DNA of 29,553 bases, from the IMG/VR virus record IMGVR_UViG_3300048858_000070, positions 1 to 29,553 of that record; one strand, 5' to 3'. The DNA is from a virus. Lineage: Duplodnaviria > Caudoviricetes. Under the pieces are notes generated by a model. The model did not search any database. It was not told the DNA's origin and worked only from the letters and a program-made list of their open reading frames with translations. The position numbers and the translations under genes are program-made. The stretch's first letter is position 1. Each line of letters begins with the position of its first letter. Below are positions 20,843 through 29,445 of this stretch, in pieces.

Positions 20843-21404
20843 CCCCGAAGCCCGCGAGAGCCTCGCGGACAAGATCGACGACGCGTTGCAGACGTGGTCC
20901 CGCACTGACGAGAAGGACGAAGCGGCGTGCTATCCCGTAGCGGACGCCGTTCTCGCGTGGATGGCTGAGCGGGGCTACTCCAAGCGCCGAGAAGTCGACA
21001 CCGAGGCGCTGAGCCCGATCCGCGAATGGCGCGGCTGGTTTACGGGAGGGGAAGCGCCATCCCTATCGGAGTGGCGAGAGCTTGATCGACGTATCGAGGC
21101 TCTGACTGCGGGCTACTCCAAGCAGCACCCGCCCGCCGCAGACGGATGGGCTGATCTGGCGAATCTGCAAGCCCAGGTGAACGCCGCGAGTCGGCAACTG
21201 CAGGCCGACGCCCAGTGGCTCCAGGAGTGGATCGAGAACGCCGAGGCGGGCGGGGTCGATGCAAAAGACCTCGAGCTCCTCCGCGAGCACGCCGCTCTCG
21301 GTGCTGTTCGTCCCGCACCCGAAATCGCGCCATTCATCCGCACGTGCACCGAAGCCGACCTGGCTAAGCACGAACCCGAACCGACCGAAGGAGAGACACG
21401 ATGA
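20832..21404 (+). CDS. Hypothetical protein
   Basis: AAGGAG SD before MDTDPEA. Confidence 0.65.
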   Translation: MDTDPEARESLADKIDDALQTWSRTDEKDEAACYPVADAVLAWMAERGYSKRREVDTEALSPIREWRGWFTGGEAPSLSEWRELDRRIEALTAGYSKQHPPAADGWADLANLQAQVNAASRQLQADAQWLQEWIENAEAGGVDAKDLELLREHAALGAVRPAPEIAPFIRTCTEADLAKHEPEPTEGETR

Positions 21405-21637
21405 ACTCGATGGAGGACTACACGTACGCCGTGGCGCTGCGCGAGCTGCAGAAGCTCAACGTCGGGTCCGTCGTGCTCGACACCGACGGCGACGCGTGGC
21501 AGCGCGGCCCGCGCGGATGGACGAGCGTCGTCCGGGGCAGCAATACGGAGAACATGGGCGCCAGCTCGCTCGCGATCCTGACTCCGCTGACCGTCGTCCA
21601 CGAAGCTCCGCCCGCCCACACGGACGGGAGCGAGTGA
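21401..21637 (+). CDS. Hypothetical protein
   Basis: AAGGAG SD; GSVVLDTDGDAWQR. Confidence 0.7.
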   Translation: MNSMEDYTYAVALRELQKLNVGSVVLDTDGDAWQRGPRGWTSVVRGSNTENMGASSLAILTPLTVVHEAPPAHTDGSE

Positions 21638-21873
21638 TGAGCGAGCGTGCGCCCGTTCAGAAGGGGCCCCTAGGCCCCGCTGGGACCATCGCATGGGAGG
21701 AGCACGAGCGGATCTGGCGCGCGTACGCCGCGAAGTACCGGAACGGTCAGACGGCGGAACGGATCGCCGAACGCGGCGGCTTCGGACATGGCGAGATCCT
21801 CATGCTGACCGGTGGCCTGCCGCAGACGTTCACCCACAACGGCGCTTCGACCGAACCGGAGGCAGACCGATGA
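21637..21873 (+). CDS. Hypothetical protein
   Basis: TGATG coupling; QTAERIAERGGFG. Confidence 0.7.
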   Translation: MSERAPVQKGPLGPAGTIAWEEHERIWRAYAAKYRNGQTAERIAERGGFGHGEILMLTGGLPQTFTHNGASTEPEADR

Positions 21874-22112
21874 GCGGATCAACCTACTTCGAGCGTGACA
21901 ACGAGAGGATCGCGCGGGCTCTAGCCCGACATGAATGCGCCGAGCCGGGTCCGTGGGGAACCGTGTGCACGGAAGACCTGCACCACCGGTACTCGCACTA
22001 CGACGCCCAGGACGATTCGTCGTGGCAGGACGACTGGCGCGAGTACGGACCGGATCCCGAGGACGAAGAGACGGCCGCCGCTCCCGTACCGACAGAGGAG
22101 ACAGACCGATGA
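21870..22112 (+). CDS. Hypothetical Cys/His protein
   Basis: GGAGG SD; ATGA coupling. Confidence 0.65.
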   Translation: MSGSTYFERDNERIARALARHECAEPGPWGTVCTEDLHHRYSHYDAQDDSSWQDDWREYGPDPEDEETAAAPVPTEETDR

Positions 22113-22318
22113 CCGTGCAGGCGTCCGTGCGCGCCGAGCTCAACCAGACACCCGCCTGGTGGGACGCGCAGTACGGCGCCCTGGTCCGCAAGTGCTTCCC
22201 GCCGAAGCCGTTCGACCCGGCCGAGCATGAGGGCCACGAGATCGAAGAGCTCCGGACCTTCGGTGGCACCGTCATCGCGTTCTGTGCCGAGTGCCCACTT
22301 CCCACCGTGGCACGCTGA
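22109..22318 (+). CDS. Hypothetical protein
   Basis: GAGGAG SD; HEGH...CAEC. Confidence 0.65.
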   Translation: MTVQASVRAELNQTPAWWDAQYGALVRKCFPPKPFDPAEHEGHEIEELRTFGGTVIAFCAECPLPTVAR

Positions 22319-22347
22319 GATTCGTGCCACGGGTGTTCGCCAGTCAG

Positions 22348-22356
22348 TGGTAGGCT
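22348..22356 (+). promoter_or_regulatory. Putative late promoter, extended -10 TGG-TAGGCT
   Basis: TGn-TANNNT at the start of the long intergenic region before the packaging genes. Confidence 0.55.
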
Positions 22357-22379
22357 CTGCCTTGCAGAACAGTTATCGG

Positions 22380-22410
22380 AAGCCTCACCCTCACGGGTGG
22401 GGCTTTCGTC
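22380..22410 (+). terminator. Intrinsic terminator-like hairpin
   Basis: AAGCCTCACCC TCAC GGGTGGGGCTT followed by TCGTCGTT. Confidence 0.7.
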
Positions 22411-22422
22411 GTTCCAGGGTTT

Positions 22423-22751
22423 CGGACGGTGCCCCGTCCGGATCTCGTCCCGCCGCCACACGCTCACATCCCTCTGCAGAGCGACCTTTCGCCATGATCG
22501 TCCGCATCCGTCCTTCGGTGGCCGTTGCGGGGTAGCGACGTAGACGGTCGCATAGCGCACACCTGAGCGGTGATGAGTGGCGGGACGCAGTCTTCCCCGT
22601 TGGTCGTCCCTGTGGCGGCGTGTGCGGGTTGAAGGGGTCGCGTGGCTGCGGCCGTCCGAATGCTGGTCGCGTGGGGTGGCCGGCTATGACCAGGAGTGGG
22701 GCGCCGGTACCTGACCTGCCACGGTTGCAGGGTTCAGCGGCACCCCACTCC
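22423..22751 (+). ncRNA. Putative structured late-leader RNA (unclassified)
   Basis: Consecutive stems at 22423-22440, 22446-22587, 22663-22693 and 22693-22751; no credible ORF. Confidence 0.5.
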
Positions 22752-22774
22752 CGTCCCACCGTGGAGGGCCGCTC

Positions 22775-23053
22775 ATGGAAGCTTCCCGGAACGGCAAGGG
22801 GAAAGCCGCGTTCAAGCGGAAGCGCACCCACTTGCTCCGCCTGGTGCAGCGCGAGGACCTCCCGTGCCACGTGTGCGGCCTCCCGTTCGACCTGACACTA
22901 CCTCCCCAGCACGCGATGTCCTTCACCGCGGACCACATGGAACCCCTCGCTCTCGGTGGCCACCTCGTGCACAACGAGCTCAGGCCGGCCCATCGATCGT
23001 GCAATGCCCGTCGAGGCGCTCGCGCGGATGCGGAGATCTGGGAGGCGTCCTGA
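22775..23053 (+). CDS. HNH endonuclease (packaging-associated, HK97 gp74-like position)
   Basis: CHVCG...TADH...GG...LRPAHRSCNARRG. Confidence 0.9.
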   Translation: MEASRNGKGKAAFKRKRTHLLRLVQREDLPCHVCGLPFDLTLPPQHAMSFTADHMEPLALGGHLVHNELRPAHRSCNARRGARADAEIWEAS

Positions 23054-23634
23054 TGCCCGGACAGACTCCATGTGCCCGCTGCGGATCGATGCTCCTGCGC
23101 GGGACAGGGTCGCTACCGTCCGGGCAGATGGTCTGCCGCCCCTGTCGACGCGAGGCACGCACCAGCACCACGCCACTCCGAGGCTGCAGCGTGGACGGAT
23201 GCACTCGACCGCACCGCTCACGCGGGATGTGCAAGTGCCACTACGAAGCACAGCGCCTCGGGGTAGAGCCACTCGCCCCAGTCAGCTGCGCATGGTGCGC
23301 GGAACCCTTCACGCCGAGGGACCAGAAGCACCGGCTGTGCAGCCCGCTCTGCGCGAGCCGCCTCCGGGACAGCAACCGCGTACGAGGGCACGCGAAGCAC
23401 CGTGCACTCATCTGGGACCGAGACGCTGGCACCTGCCAGCTGTGCCTCACACCCATAGACCCGGACCTCGTCTTCCCCCATCGCTACTCAGCGACGCTCG
23501 ACCACGTCACACCTCGTGCCCGAGGCGGCAGCGACGACCCATCGAACCTGCGACTCGCTCACCTCACCTGCAACTCGAGCAGACAGGACCGCGACACCTG
23601 GGAGGCCAGGGGGACCCCCCTCGACGTCGCATGA
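23053..23634 (+). CDS. HNH endonuclease with several N-terminal zinc fingers
   Basis: CxxC repeats; RDAGTCQLC...TLDHV...GG...NLRLAHLTCN. Confidence 0.88.
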   Translation: MPGQTPCARCGSMLLRGTGSLPSGQMVCRPCRREARTSTTPLRGCSVDGCTRPHRSRGMCKCHYEAQRLGVEPLAPVSCAWCAEPFTPRDQKHRLCSPLCASRLRDSNRVRGHAKHRALIWDRDAGTCQLCLTPIDPDLVFPHRYSATLDHVTPRARGGSDDPSNLRLAHLTCNSSRQDRDTWEARGTPLDVA

Positions 23635-23718
23635 CCGGACACCTCCCGCACGGTCGCTCCGCGTCTCTCTCCACGTGAATCTGCCCGAGTTGGCTCGAAT
23701 TGTTCAAGGTGGTGCCCG

Positions 23719-24300
23719 ATGCCGAAGCCGGAGGCGCCCTGCGGGACCTATACGGCCTTCCTGAGGCACCGCCGACGGGGCGAACCGATCGATGATGCGT
23801 GCGATCAAGCCCGTGAGGCCCGCAACGCGGAGCGTCGGCAGGCTCGGCGCCCTTCCGGTGTCGTCTTCACGCCGGATTCCGCGGGAATCGCGGGGTTGGG
23901 TGAGCGTGGGCAGGAGTTCTACGACGCTCTCGTCGGGAAACTGACCATCCCTGCAGATCGTCGGGCGTTGATCATCGAGGCGGCCCGCATGGCGGATCGC
24001 CTCGAGCAGATGAACGACGTCATCGCGGGCAAGGGCGTGCTGAAGCTGATGCATTTCCGGGTCCCGGGCGTATTCGACCCGGAGAAGGGCCCGATTCGGG
24101 TCGAGATGACCGTGGATCACGTCATGGGCGAGGCCCGGCAGCTGCAGCTCGCGTTCGAGCGCATGGTTCGGAGCGTGTTCAAGGACGTCGAGGCGCTGCG
24201 GGACAAGAACGGCGGTGAGGGCGACGGACTCGACGCTTTCTTCGCCGGTGCTCCCAACGTTGTCGGGATCACAACGGCCGCGTCTCGAAAGCAGGCCTGA
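23719..24300 (+). CDS. Terminase small subunit
   Basis: Position before terL; EAARMADRLEQ...EARQLQ; N-terminal CGT...RH...C module. Confidence 0.75.
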   Translation: MPKPEAPCGTYTAFLRHRRRGEPIDDACDQAREARNAERRQARRPSGVVFTPDSAGIAGLGERGQEFYDALVGKLTIPADRRALIIEAARMADRLEQMNDVIAGKGVLKLMHFRVPGVFDPEKGPIRVEMTVDHVMGEARQLQLAFERMVRSVFKDVEALRDKNGGEGDGLDAFFAGAPNVVGITTAASRKQA

Positions 24301-25753
24301 GGCGGTCGGATCGCATGGCGATCATGTCCTCCGGTTCCTGAATGCGTGCGGGCTGACGCTCGACGAGTGGCAGGCGTACGTCATCGGCGGTCTGTTCGAC
24401 GTAGCGGTCGATCAGACGTGGGCGGCGACCGAGTTCGGTGCGCTCGTGAGCCGGCAGAACGGCAAGGGCGAGATCCTCGTGGGTTACGACCTCGCCCACC
24501 TGTTCCTGTTCCCGCGGGCCGACAACCGGCGGAAGACGATCCTCCACACCGCGCACGAGATGAAGACCGCGATCGACGGGTTCCAGCGGCTCGTCGGCGT
24601 GATTGAGGCGAATCCGAAGCTCCTGGCGCGGGTCGCGAACATCTACACGGCGAACGGCCAAGAGGGCGTCGTGCTGAAGAAGCGTACCGGGCAGCTGCTG
24701 GCCGACCGGATCCGGTTCATCGCGCGCTCGAAGAGCTCCGGCCGCGGTTTCACTGCGGACGTGCTGGTGTACGACGAGGCGCAGGAGCTGAGCCTGCAGG
24801 CGCAGCGCGCGCTGACGTACACGCAGTCGCAGATCGCGAATCGGCAGGAGCTGTTCACCGGGACTGTGCCGGAAGAGGGCGTGAACGACTCCGAGGTGTG
24901 GCAGGGCGTCCGTGACCGTGGACGTACGCACCGCGGCCGGCGTACCGGGTGGATGGAGTGGACGCCTGAGGGGTCGGAGGACCCCGACACGGCAGACAGT
25001 ATCGACTACAGCGACCCGAGGGTCTGGTGCGACTCGAACCCGAGCCTCGGGATCCGGATGCCGCAGCAGTCGGTCATCGACCAGTACGAGCGTGCGATGG
25101 AGACGGACCCAGAGGGGTTCGCTCGAGAGCGCCTGTCGATCTGGCCGAACCCGCGTCCTGCGGTCGAGGTGCAGCTCTCCGACCTCGACCTGGAGATCTG
25201 GAAGCGGACGGCGCGCGAGGACGCGGCGGTCGTTGGCGATGGAGCGGTCCTGTCCCTCGCGGTCGGTCGTGGTGGCCGGTTCGCGACGATCGGGAAAGCG
25301 ATCCGGGTCGATTCAGACCACATCGCCGTCGAGCACCACATGACGCAGGTGCAGACGCGGTGGGTCGCGGACGAGCTGAAGACGCTGAAAGCGGAGCTCG
25401 GGAACGCGCTGGTCGTGCTGGACCCGAAGAACGCGGCGCCGATCATCAACTCCCTCGACGAGGCGGGCATCAAGTACCTGTCGATGAACCTCGACGAGAT
25501 CGCCGCGGCACACTCGCTGTTCATCGAGTACGTGAACGCCGGACTGGTGCCGCACCGGCCCCAGGACGAGGTCACGAAGTCCCTGCAGCACGCCACGACC
25601 CGTCCGATCGGGCGGGCGGGCAGTACGTGGGAGCCGTCGGACCCGACGAAACCGATCTCGATGGCGCAGGCCGTGACGTGGGCGCTCTGGGGCGTCCTGA
25701 AGTCCGAAGCGACACCGAAGAAGAAGCCTGCGCAGGTGCGCGGATACGCGTGA
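24215..25753 (+). CDS. Terminase large subunit (start codon uncertain)
   Basis: LDEWQ, Walker A SRQNGKG, HTAH, GRGFT, Walker B VYDEAQEL, SNPSLG. Confidence 0.93.
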   Translation: MRATDSTLSSPVLPTLSGSQRPRLESRPEAVGSHGDHVLRFLNACGLTLDEWQAYVIGGLFDVAVDQTWAATEFGALVSRQNGKGEILVGYDLAHLFLFPRADNRRKTILHTAHEMKTAIDGFQRLVGVIEANPKLLARVANIYTANGQEGVVLKKRTGQLLADRIRFIARSKSSGRGFTADVLVYDEAQELSLQAQRALTYTQSQIANRQELFTGTVPEEGVNDSEVWQGVRDRGRTHRGRRTGWMEWTPEGSEDPDTADSIDYSDPRVWCDSNPSLGIRMPQQSVIDQYERAMETDPEGFARERLSIWPNPRPAVEVQLSDLDLEIWKRTAREDAAVVGDGAVLSLAVGRGGRFATIGKAIRVDSDHIAVEHHMTQVQTRWVADELKTLKAELGNALVVLDPKNAAPIINSLDEAGIKYLSMNLDEIAAAHSLFIEYVNAGLVPHRPQDEVTKSLQHATTRPIGRAGSTWEPSDPTKPISMAQAVTWALWGVLKSEATPKKKPAQVRGYA

Positions 25754-25765
25754 TGGAGGTGACTT

Positions 25766-27070
25766 GTGGCACGGACGCCCGCTGAGATCGGTGAACTACT
25801 GGCCGCGAAGTCCCAGGACATGCGTGCCGAGTTCGCTCAGATCGCGACCCTGCAGAAGCGCATCGAAGGGAAGCTCGTCCGCACGTGGATGCCGGACAAC
25901 GCGGACGCCGAGTACCGGGACCTGTTCCGGAAGGCGTCGTCGCCGTGGCTCGCATTCGTCCGCGACTGCATCGCGCAGGGCCTCCTCGTCGACGGGTACA
26001 CGTCCGACCGGGTGTGGGAACTCGCGTGGCAGGCGAACGGCATGGACGGGCGCCAGGGCGCGGTGAACCGGGAGGTCGTCGGTCTCGGCAAGGCGTTCGG
26101 ACTGTCCCTGCCGGCGCGCGGCAACGGGGTCGTCATGCGCCCCCTGTCCGCGTCGCGGACGTACGCGTCGTTCAAAACCCCGTGGGACGAGTACCCGGAC
26201 TGGGTTCTGACCCGGATCGGGCGGCAGTCCGCATCGTTCTGGGAGTCGGAATGGCTGTTCGTCGACGCCGATGCCGCGTACTGGTTCACCGGCGACCCCC
26301 GCACCCCGGTTGACGTTCGGATCGACGAGCACGGACTCGAATTCACCCCTGTGGTGCAGCTGTCGAACACGCTCGCGATGGGCGGCGAGCCCGAGTCTTC
26401 GGTTGCGTCTGCCGTGCCGATCTATCAGCGGATCGTGGACGCGACGTTCACGCTGCAGATGGTGCAGCGGTACGGCGCGTTTCCGCAGAAGTGGATGGCC
26501 GGCGGCGAGCTCGCGAGGGACGCGAACGGTATGCCACTCGTCCGGTCTTCCGTGGATGGTCTCATCCACGCTTCCGGGGAGTCCGGGGAGACGGCGCGGT
26601 TCGGCACGTTCGAGCCCGCGGACCTCAACCAGGTCGTCGCGGCGCTCGACGCGCACATCAAGCACCTCTCCGCGGTCTGTCAGGTCCCGCCGCACTACCT
26701 GCTCGGCGCGGTCGTGAACATGTCCGCTGAGGGCATCGCGGCCGCGGAGTCCGGCTACTTCCGCAACGTCGCAGACCGACAGATGGCCCTCGGCGAGGGA
26801 TACGAGCTGTGGATGCGGACGGCGGCCGCGATTATCAACGACACCGAAGCAGCGCAGGCGACGTCGTCGCAGGTGCACTGGGCCGACGTATCGTCCCGGT
26901 CGCTCGGACAGATTTCGGACGCGGTTCTCAAGCTCTCCACTGTGGGGGCGCCGCTCGAGCTGCTGTTCGCTATGGTCCCCGGCTGGTCGAAGACCGACGT
27001 CCTCGACGCGGCCGCAGCAGTTCGGGAACAGCGAGCCGCGCAGGCGGCGCTGCCGCCCGCCATCCAGTGA
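25766..27070 (+). CDS. Portal protein (SPP1 gp6-like)
   Basis: GGAGG SD; WQANGMD, YGAFPQKW, QVPPHYLLG..VNMSAE. Confidence 0.92.
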   Translation: MARTPAEIGELLAAKSQDMRAEFAQIATLQKRIEGKLVRTWMPDNADAEYRDLFRKASSPWLAFVRDCIAQGLLVDGYTSDRVWELAWQANGMDGRQGAVNREVVGLGKAFGLSLPARGNGVVMRPLSASRTYASFKTPWDEYPDWVLTRIGRQSASFWESEWLFVDADAAYWFTGDPRTPVDVRIDEHGLEFTPVVQLSNTLAMGGEPESSVASAVPIYQRIVDATFTLQMVQRYGAFPQKWMAGGELARDANGMPLVRSSVDGLIHASGESGETARFGTFEPADLNQVVAALDAHIKHLSAVCQVPPHYLLGAVVNMSAEGIAAAESGYFRNVADRQMALGEGYELWMRTAAAIINDTEAAQATSSQVHWADVSSRSLGQISDAVLKLSTVGAPLELLFAMVPGWSKTDVLDAAAAVREQRAAQAALPPAIQ

Positions 27071-27145
27071 GACTCACCCGCATCTGCGGGGTCAGGTACG
27101 CCAGCTGTCTCTGGCGGCACATCGACGGATCTACGGAGGTCACCC

Positions 27146-27733
27146 ATGTCCATGCCCGCACCCACCGACCCGGCACCCGAACCGAACGACCCGGCGCCCA
27201 CGCCCGAGCCGACCGCCTACACGGCGCCCGCGTCTCAGGCCGAACTCGACCGGATCGTGGAGGCCCGACTCGCCCGCGAGCGCGAGAAGTACAAGGGGCA
27301 TGACGACTACAAGTCGAAGGCCGAGAAGTGGGATCAGCTCGAAGAAGAGAAGAAGACGCCGAGCGAGAAAGCGATCGAGGAAGCGACCCAGCGGGTCGCC
27401 GGCGAGACCGCGGCCAAGTTCGAGCGTCGCATCGCCACGACGGAGATCAAGGCGCTGGCTGCTTCCGCCGGCTTCCTCGACCCGGCGGACGCGGTGCTCG
27501 TGGTCCTCGGGGATGGCGACATCCCGAAGAAGGACGACGACCTCGACGTCGACGAGCTGAAGAAGCGGGTCGAGAAGCTCGCACAGGACAAGCCGTACCT
27601 GGTGAAGGAGCCGTCGCGCACGCCGCGCACGCGCCCCCAGCCTCGGCCGGGTGAGAAGCAGGACAACACCGCGCAGAGCGGGAAGAGCAAGGCTGCGGCC
27701 GCGCTCCGGCAGCTGGGCGCACGGCGCCCGTAG
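27146..27733 (+). CDS. Capsid scaffolding protein
   Basis: Pro-rich N-terminus; SQAELDRIVEARLARER; coiled coil; KPYL. Confidence 0.85.
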   Translation: MSMPAPTDPAPEPNDPAPTPEPTAYTAPASQAELDRIVEARLAREREKYKGHDDYKSKAEKWDQLEEEKKTPSEKAIEEATQRVAGETAAKFERRIATTEIKALAASAGFLDPADAVLVVLGDGDIPKKDDDLDVDELKKRVEKLAQDKPYLVKEPSRTPRTRPQPRPGEKQDNTAQSGKSKAAAALRQLGARRP

Positions 27734-27784
27734 CCACCTCCACCATTCACGCGCCGGCCAGGCGCTTCATCGTCAGGAGACGAA

Positions 27785-28714
27785 ATGGCAGATATCTCGC
27801 GCGCCGAAGTGGCGACGCTCATCCAGGAGGAGTACACCAACGCACTCCTCGAGAACGTCGCGGTGAGTTCCGCCGCGATCGCCGCGTTCGGTACCGTGCC
27901 GCTCGGCACGAAGATCACGAACGCGCCCGTCCTCACCACCCTCCCCGAAGCGGGCTGGGTCTCGGAGTCGGCCACGGACGCCTCCGGTGTCAAGCCGACA
28001 TCGCAGGCCGTCTGGGCGAACAAGCAGTTCGTCGTCGAAGAGGTCGCGGTCATCATCCCGATCCACGAGGACACCCTCGAGGACGCGACCGAAGACCTGC
28101 TCGCGAACCTCACCCTTCTGGGTGGGCAGGCGATCGGCAAGAAGCTCGACCAGGCCGTGTTCTTCGGCGTGCAGAAGCCGGCCACCTGGCTGAGCCTGGA
28201 CCTGCTCGCGGCCGCCACTGCGGCCGGGAACATCTTCCAGGTGTCGGCGACGCCCGGCGAGGACGACCTCGCAGGGTCGATCTTCCAGGCCGCTGGCGCG
28301 GTCGCGGACTCCGGCGCGAACCCGACGGACATCGTGTCGTCCGCGGGTCTCCGCTTCCGTCTCGCGAACCTCCGCGCGACGGACGGCACCGCAATCCTGT
28401 CCCGCACGATGGGCGGCGACGGCACGTTCTCGGACGACATCGCCGGGCTCGACGCGCAGTTCGTCAAGAACGGCGCATGGGACAACGCTCTCGCCACGGC
28501 GATCATCGCAGACGGCGACCGCGTGAAGATCGGCGTCCGCCAGGACATCACGGTCAAGTTCCTCGACCAGGCCACGGTCGGCGGGATCAACCTCGCCGAG
28601 CGCGACATGGTCGCGCTGCGGTTCAAGGCCCGGTACGCCTACGTGCTCGGCAACACCATCACCACGCAGGGCACCGCCTCGGAGCCCGTCGCCGCTGTCA
28701 CCCCGGCAGCCTGA
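27785..28714 (+). CDS. Major capsid protein (HK97 fold)
   Basis: PEAGWVSE, EEVAVIIPI, KKLDQAVFFG, NLAERDMVALR. Confidence 0.93.
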   Translation: MADISRAEVATLIQEEYTNALLENVAVSSAAIAAFGTVPLGTKITNAPVLTTLPEAGWVSESATDASGVKPTSQAVWANKQFVVEEVAVIIPIHEDTLEDATEDLLANLTLLGGQAIGKKLDQAVFFGVQKPATWLSLDLLAAATAAGNIFQVSATPGEDDLAGSIFQAAGAVADSGANPTDIVSSAGLRFRLANLRATDGTAILSRTMGGDGTFSDDIAGLDAQFVKNGAWDNALATAIIADGDRVKIGVRQDITVKFLDQATVGGINLAERDMVALRFKARYAYVLGNTITTQGTASEPVAAVTPAA

Positions 28715-28728
28715 GCGAAGGAGCGGAC

Positions 28729-28989
28729 ATGGCAACGCTGACGCACCCGAAGGGGCGCACGGTCGTCGTCCCTGACGAGACCGTGGACTACTACACCTCG
28801 AAGGGGTGGGTGGTTCCCGGGAAGGCCGAGAAGAGCGAGCCCGAGACGGTCGAGGTCCCGGACGGTGACCCGTCCGAGGACTGGTCCGCGAAGCAGCTGG
28901 ACGCGTTCGCGGAACGCGCCGGCATCGACCTCGGCGGCGCAACGAAGAAGGCCGACAAGGTCGCGGCGATCGCTGCGGCGAAGGCCTAA
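28729..28989 (+). CDS. Small head-associated protein with HeH/LEM-like C-terminus
   Basis: AAGGAG SD; WSAKQLDAFAERAGIDL...KKAD. Confidence 0.7.
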   Translation: MATLTHPKGRTVVVPDETVDYYTSKGWVVPGKAEKSEPETVEVPDGDPSEDWSAKQLDAFAERAGIDLGGATKKADKVAAIAAAKA

Positions 28990-29007
28990 CAGGAAGGGGG
29001 AGGAGCG

Positions 29008-29445
29008 GTGGCTCTGAATCTGACGATCGAGGACGTGGAGCCGTTCCTCCCCCCTCTCAAGCCAGTGCAGACCCAGCGGGTGACCGCGTGGATTCCTGTG
29101 CTCAACCTGCTGCTCGACGGGCGCTACGGCGACCGCATCACCGACGAGCGCCGGGTGCTGTTCGTGTCTGCTGCGGCGGACGCCATCGAACGACGCCTCG
29201 TCAAACCGGGCGGCCCGATCGATTCGCAGGGCATCGGCCCCGCGAACGTGAAGTACAACTCCCGTGCGGCGCTGTCGCGTTGGTTCGAGCCTGAGGAGAT
29301 CTCCCAGCTCGACGACGCATGCGGCGTCGGCGGCGGGATCCGCTCAGTGCGCGCACCTGCCCCCGACGCGATTCGGTTCGGGAACTCGGACCGGGGATAC
29401 GCCACTGTCATTGGCGAGGCAGGGCTGATCCTCGAGGAGGACTGA
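29008..29445 (+). CDS. Head-to-tail adaptor
   Basis: Position after the capsid genes; SQGIGP motif; GGAGG SD. Confidence 0.7.
   Translation: MALNLTIEDVEPFLPPLKPVQTQRVTAWIPVLNLLLDGRYGDRITDERRVLFVSAAADAIERRLVKPGGPIDSQGIGPANVKYNSRAALSRWFEPEEISQLDDACGVGGGIRSVRAPAPDAIRFGNSDRGYATVIGEAGLILEED

Noticed and set aside
22319-22774. tRNA, hammerhead ribozyme or CRISPR array in the late intergenic region
   Set aside because: No cloverleaf with a T-loop, no CUGANGA/GAAA core pair, and no regularly spaced repeats.
27334-28942. Long minus-strand ORFs over the scaffold and capsid genes
   Set aside because: Antisense shadows typical of high-GC coding DNA.
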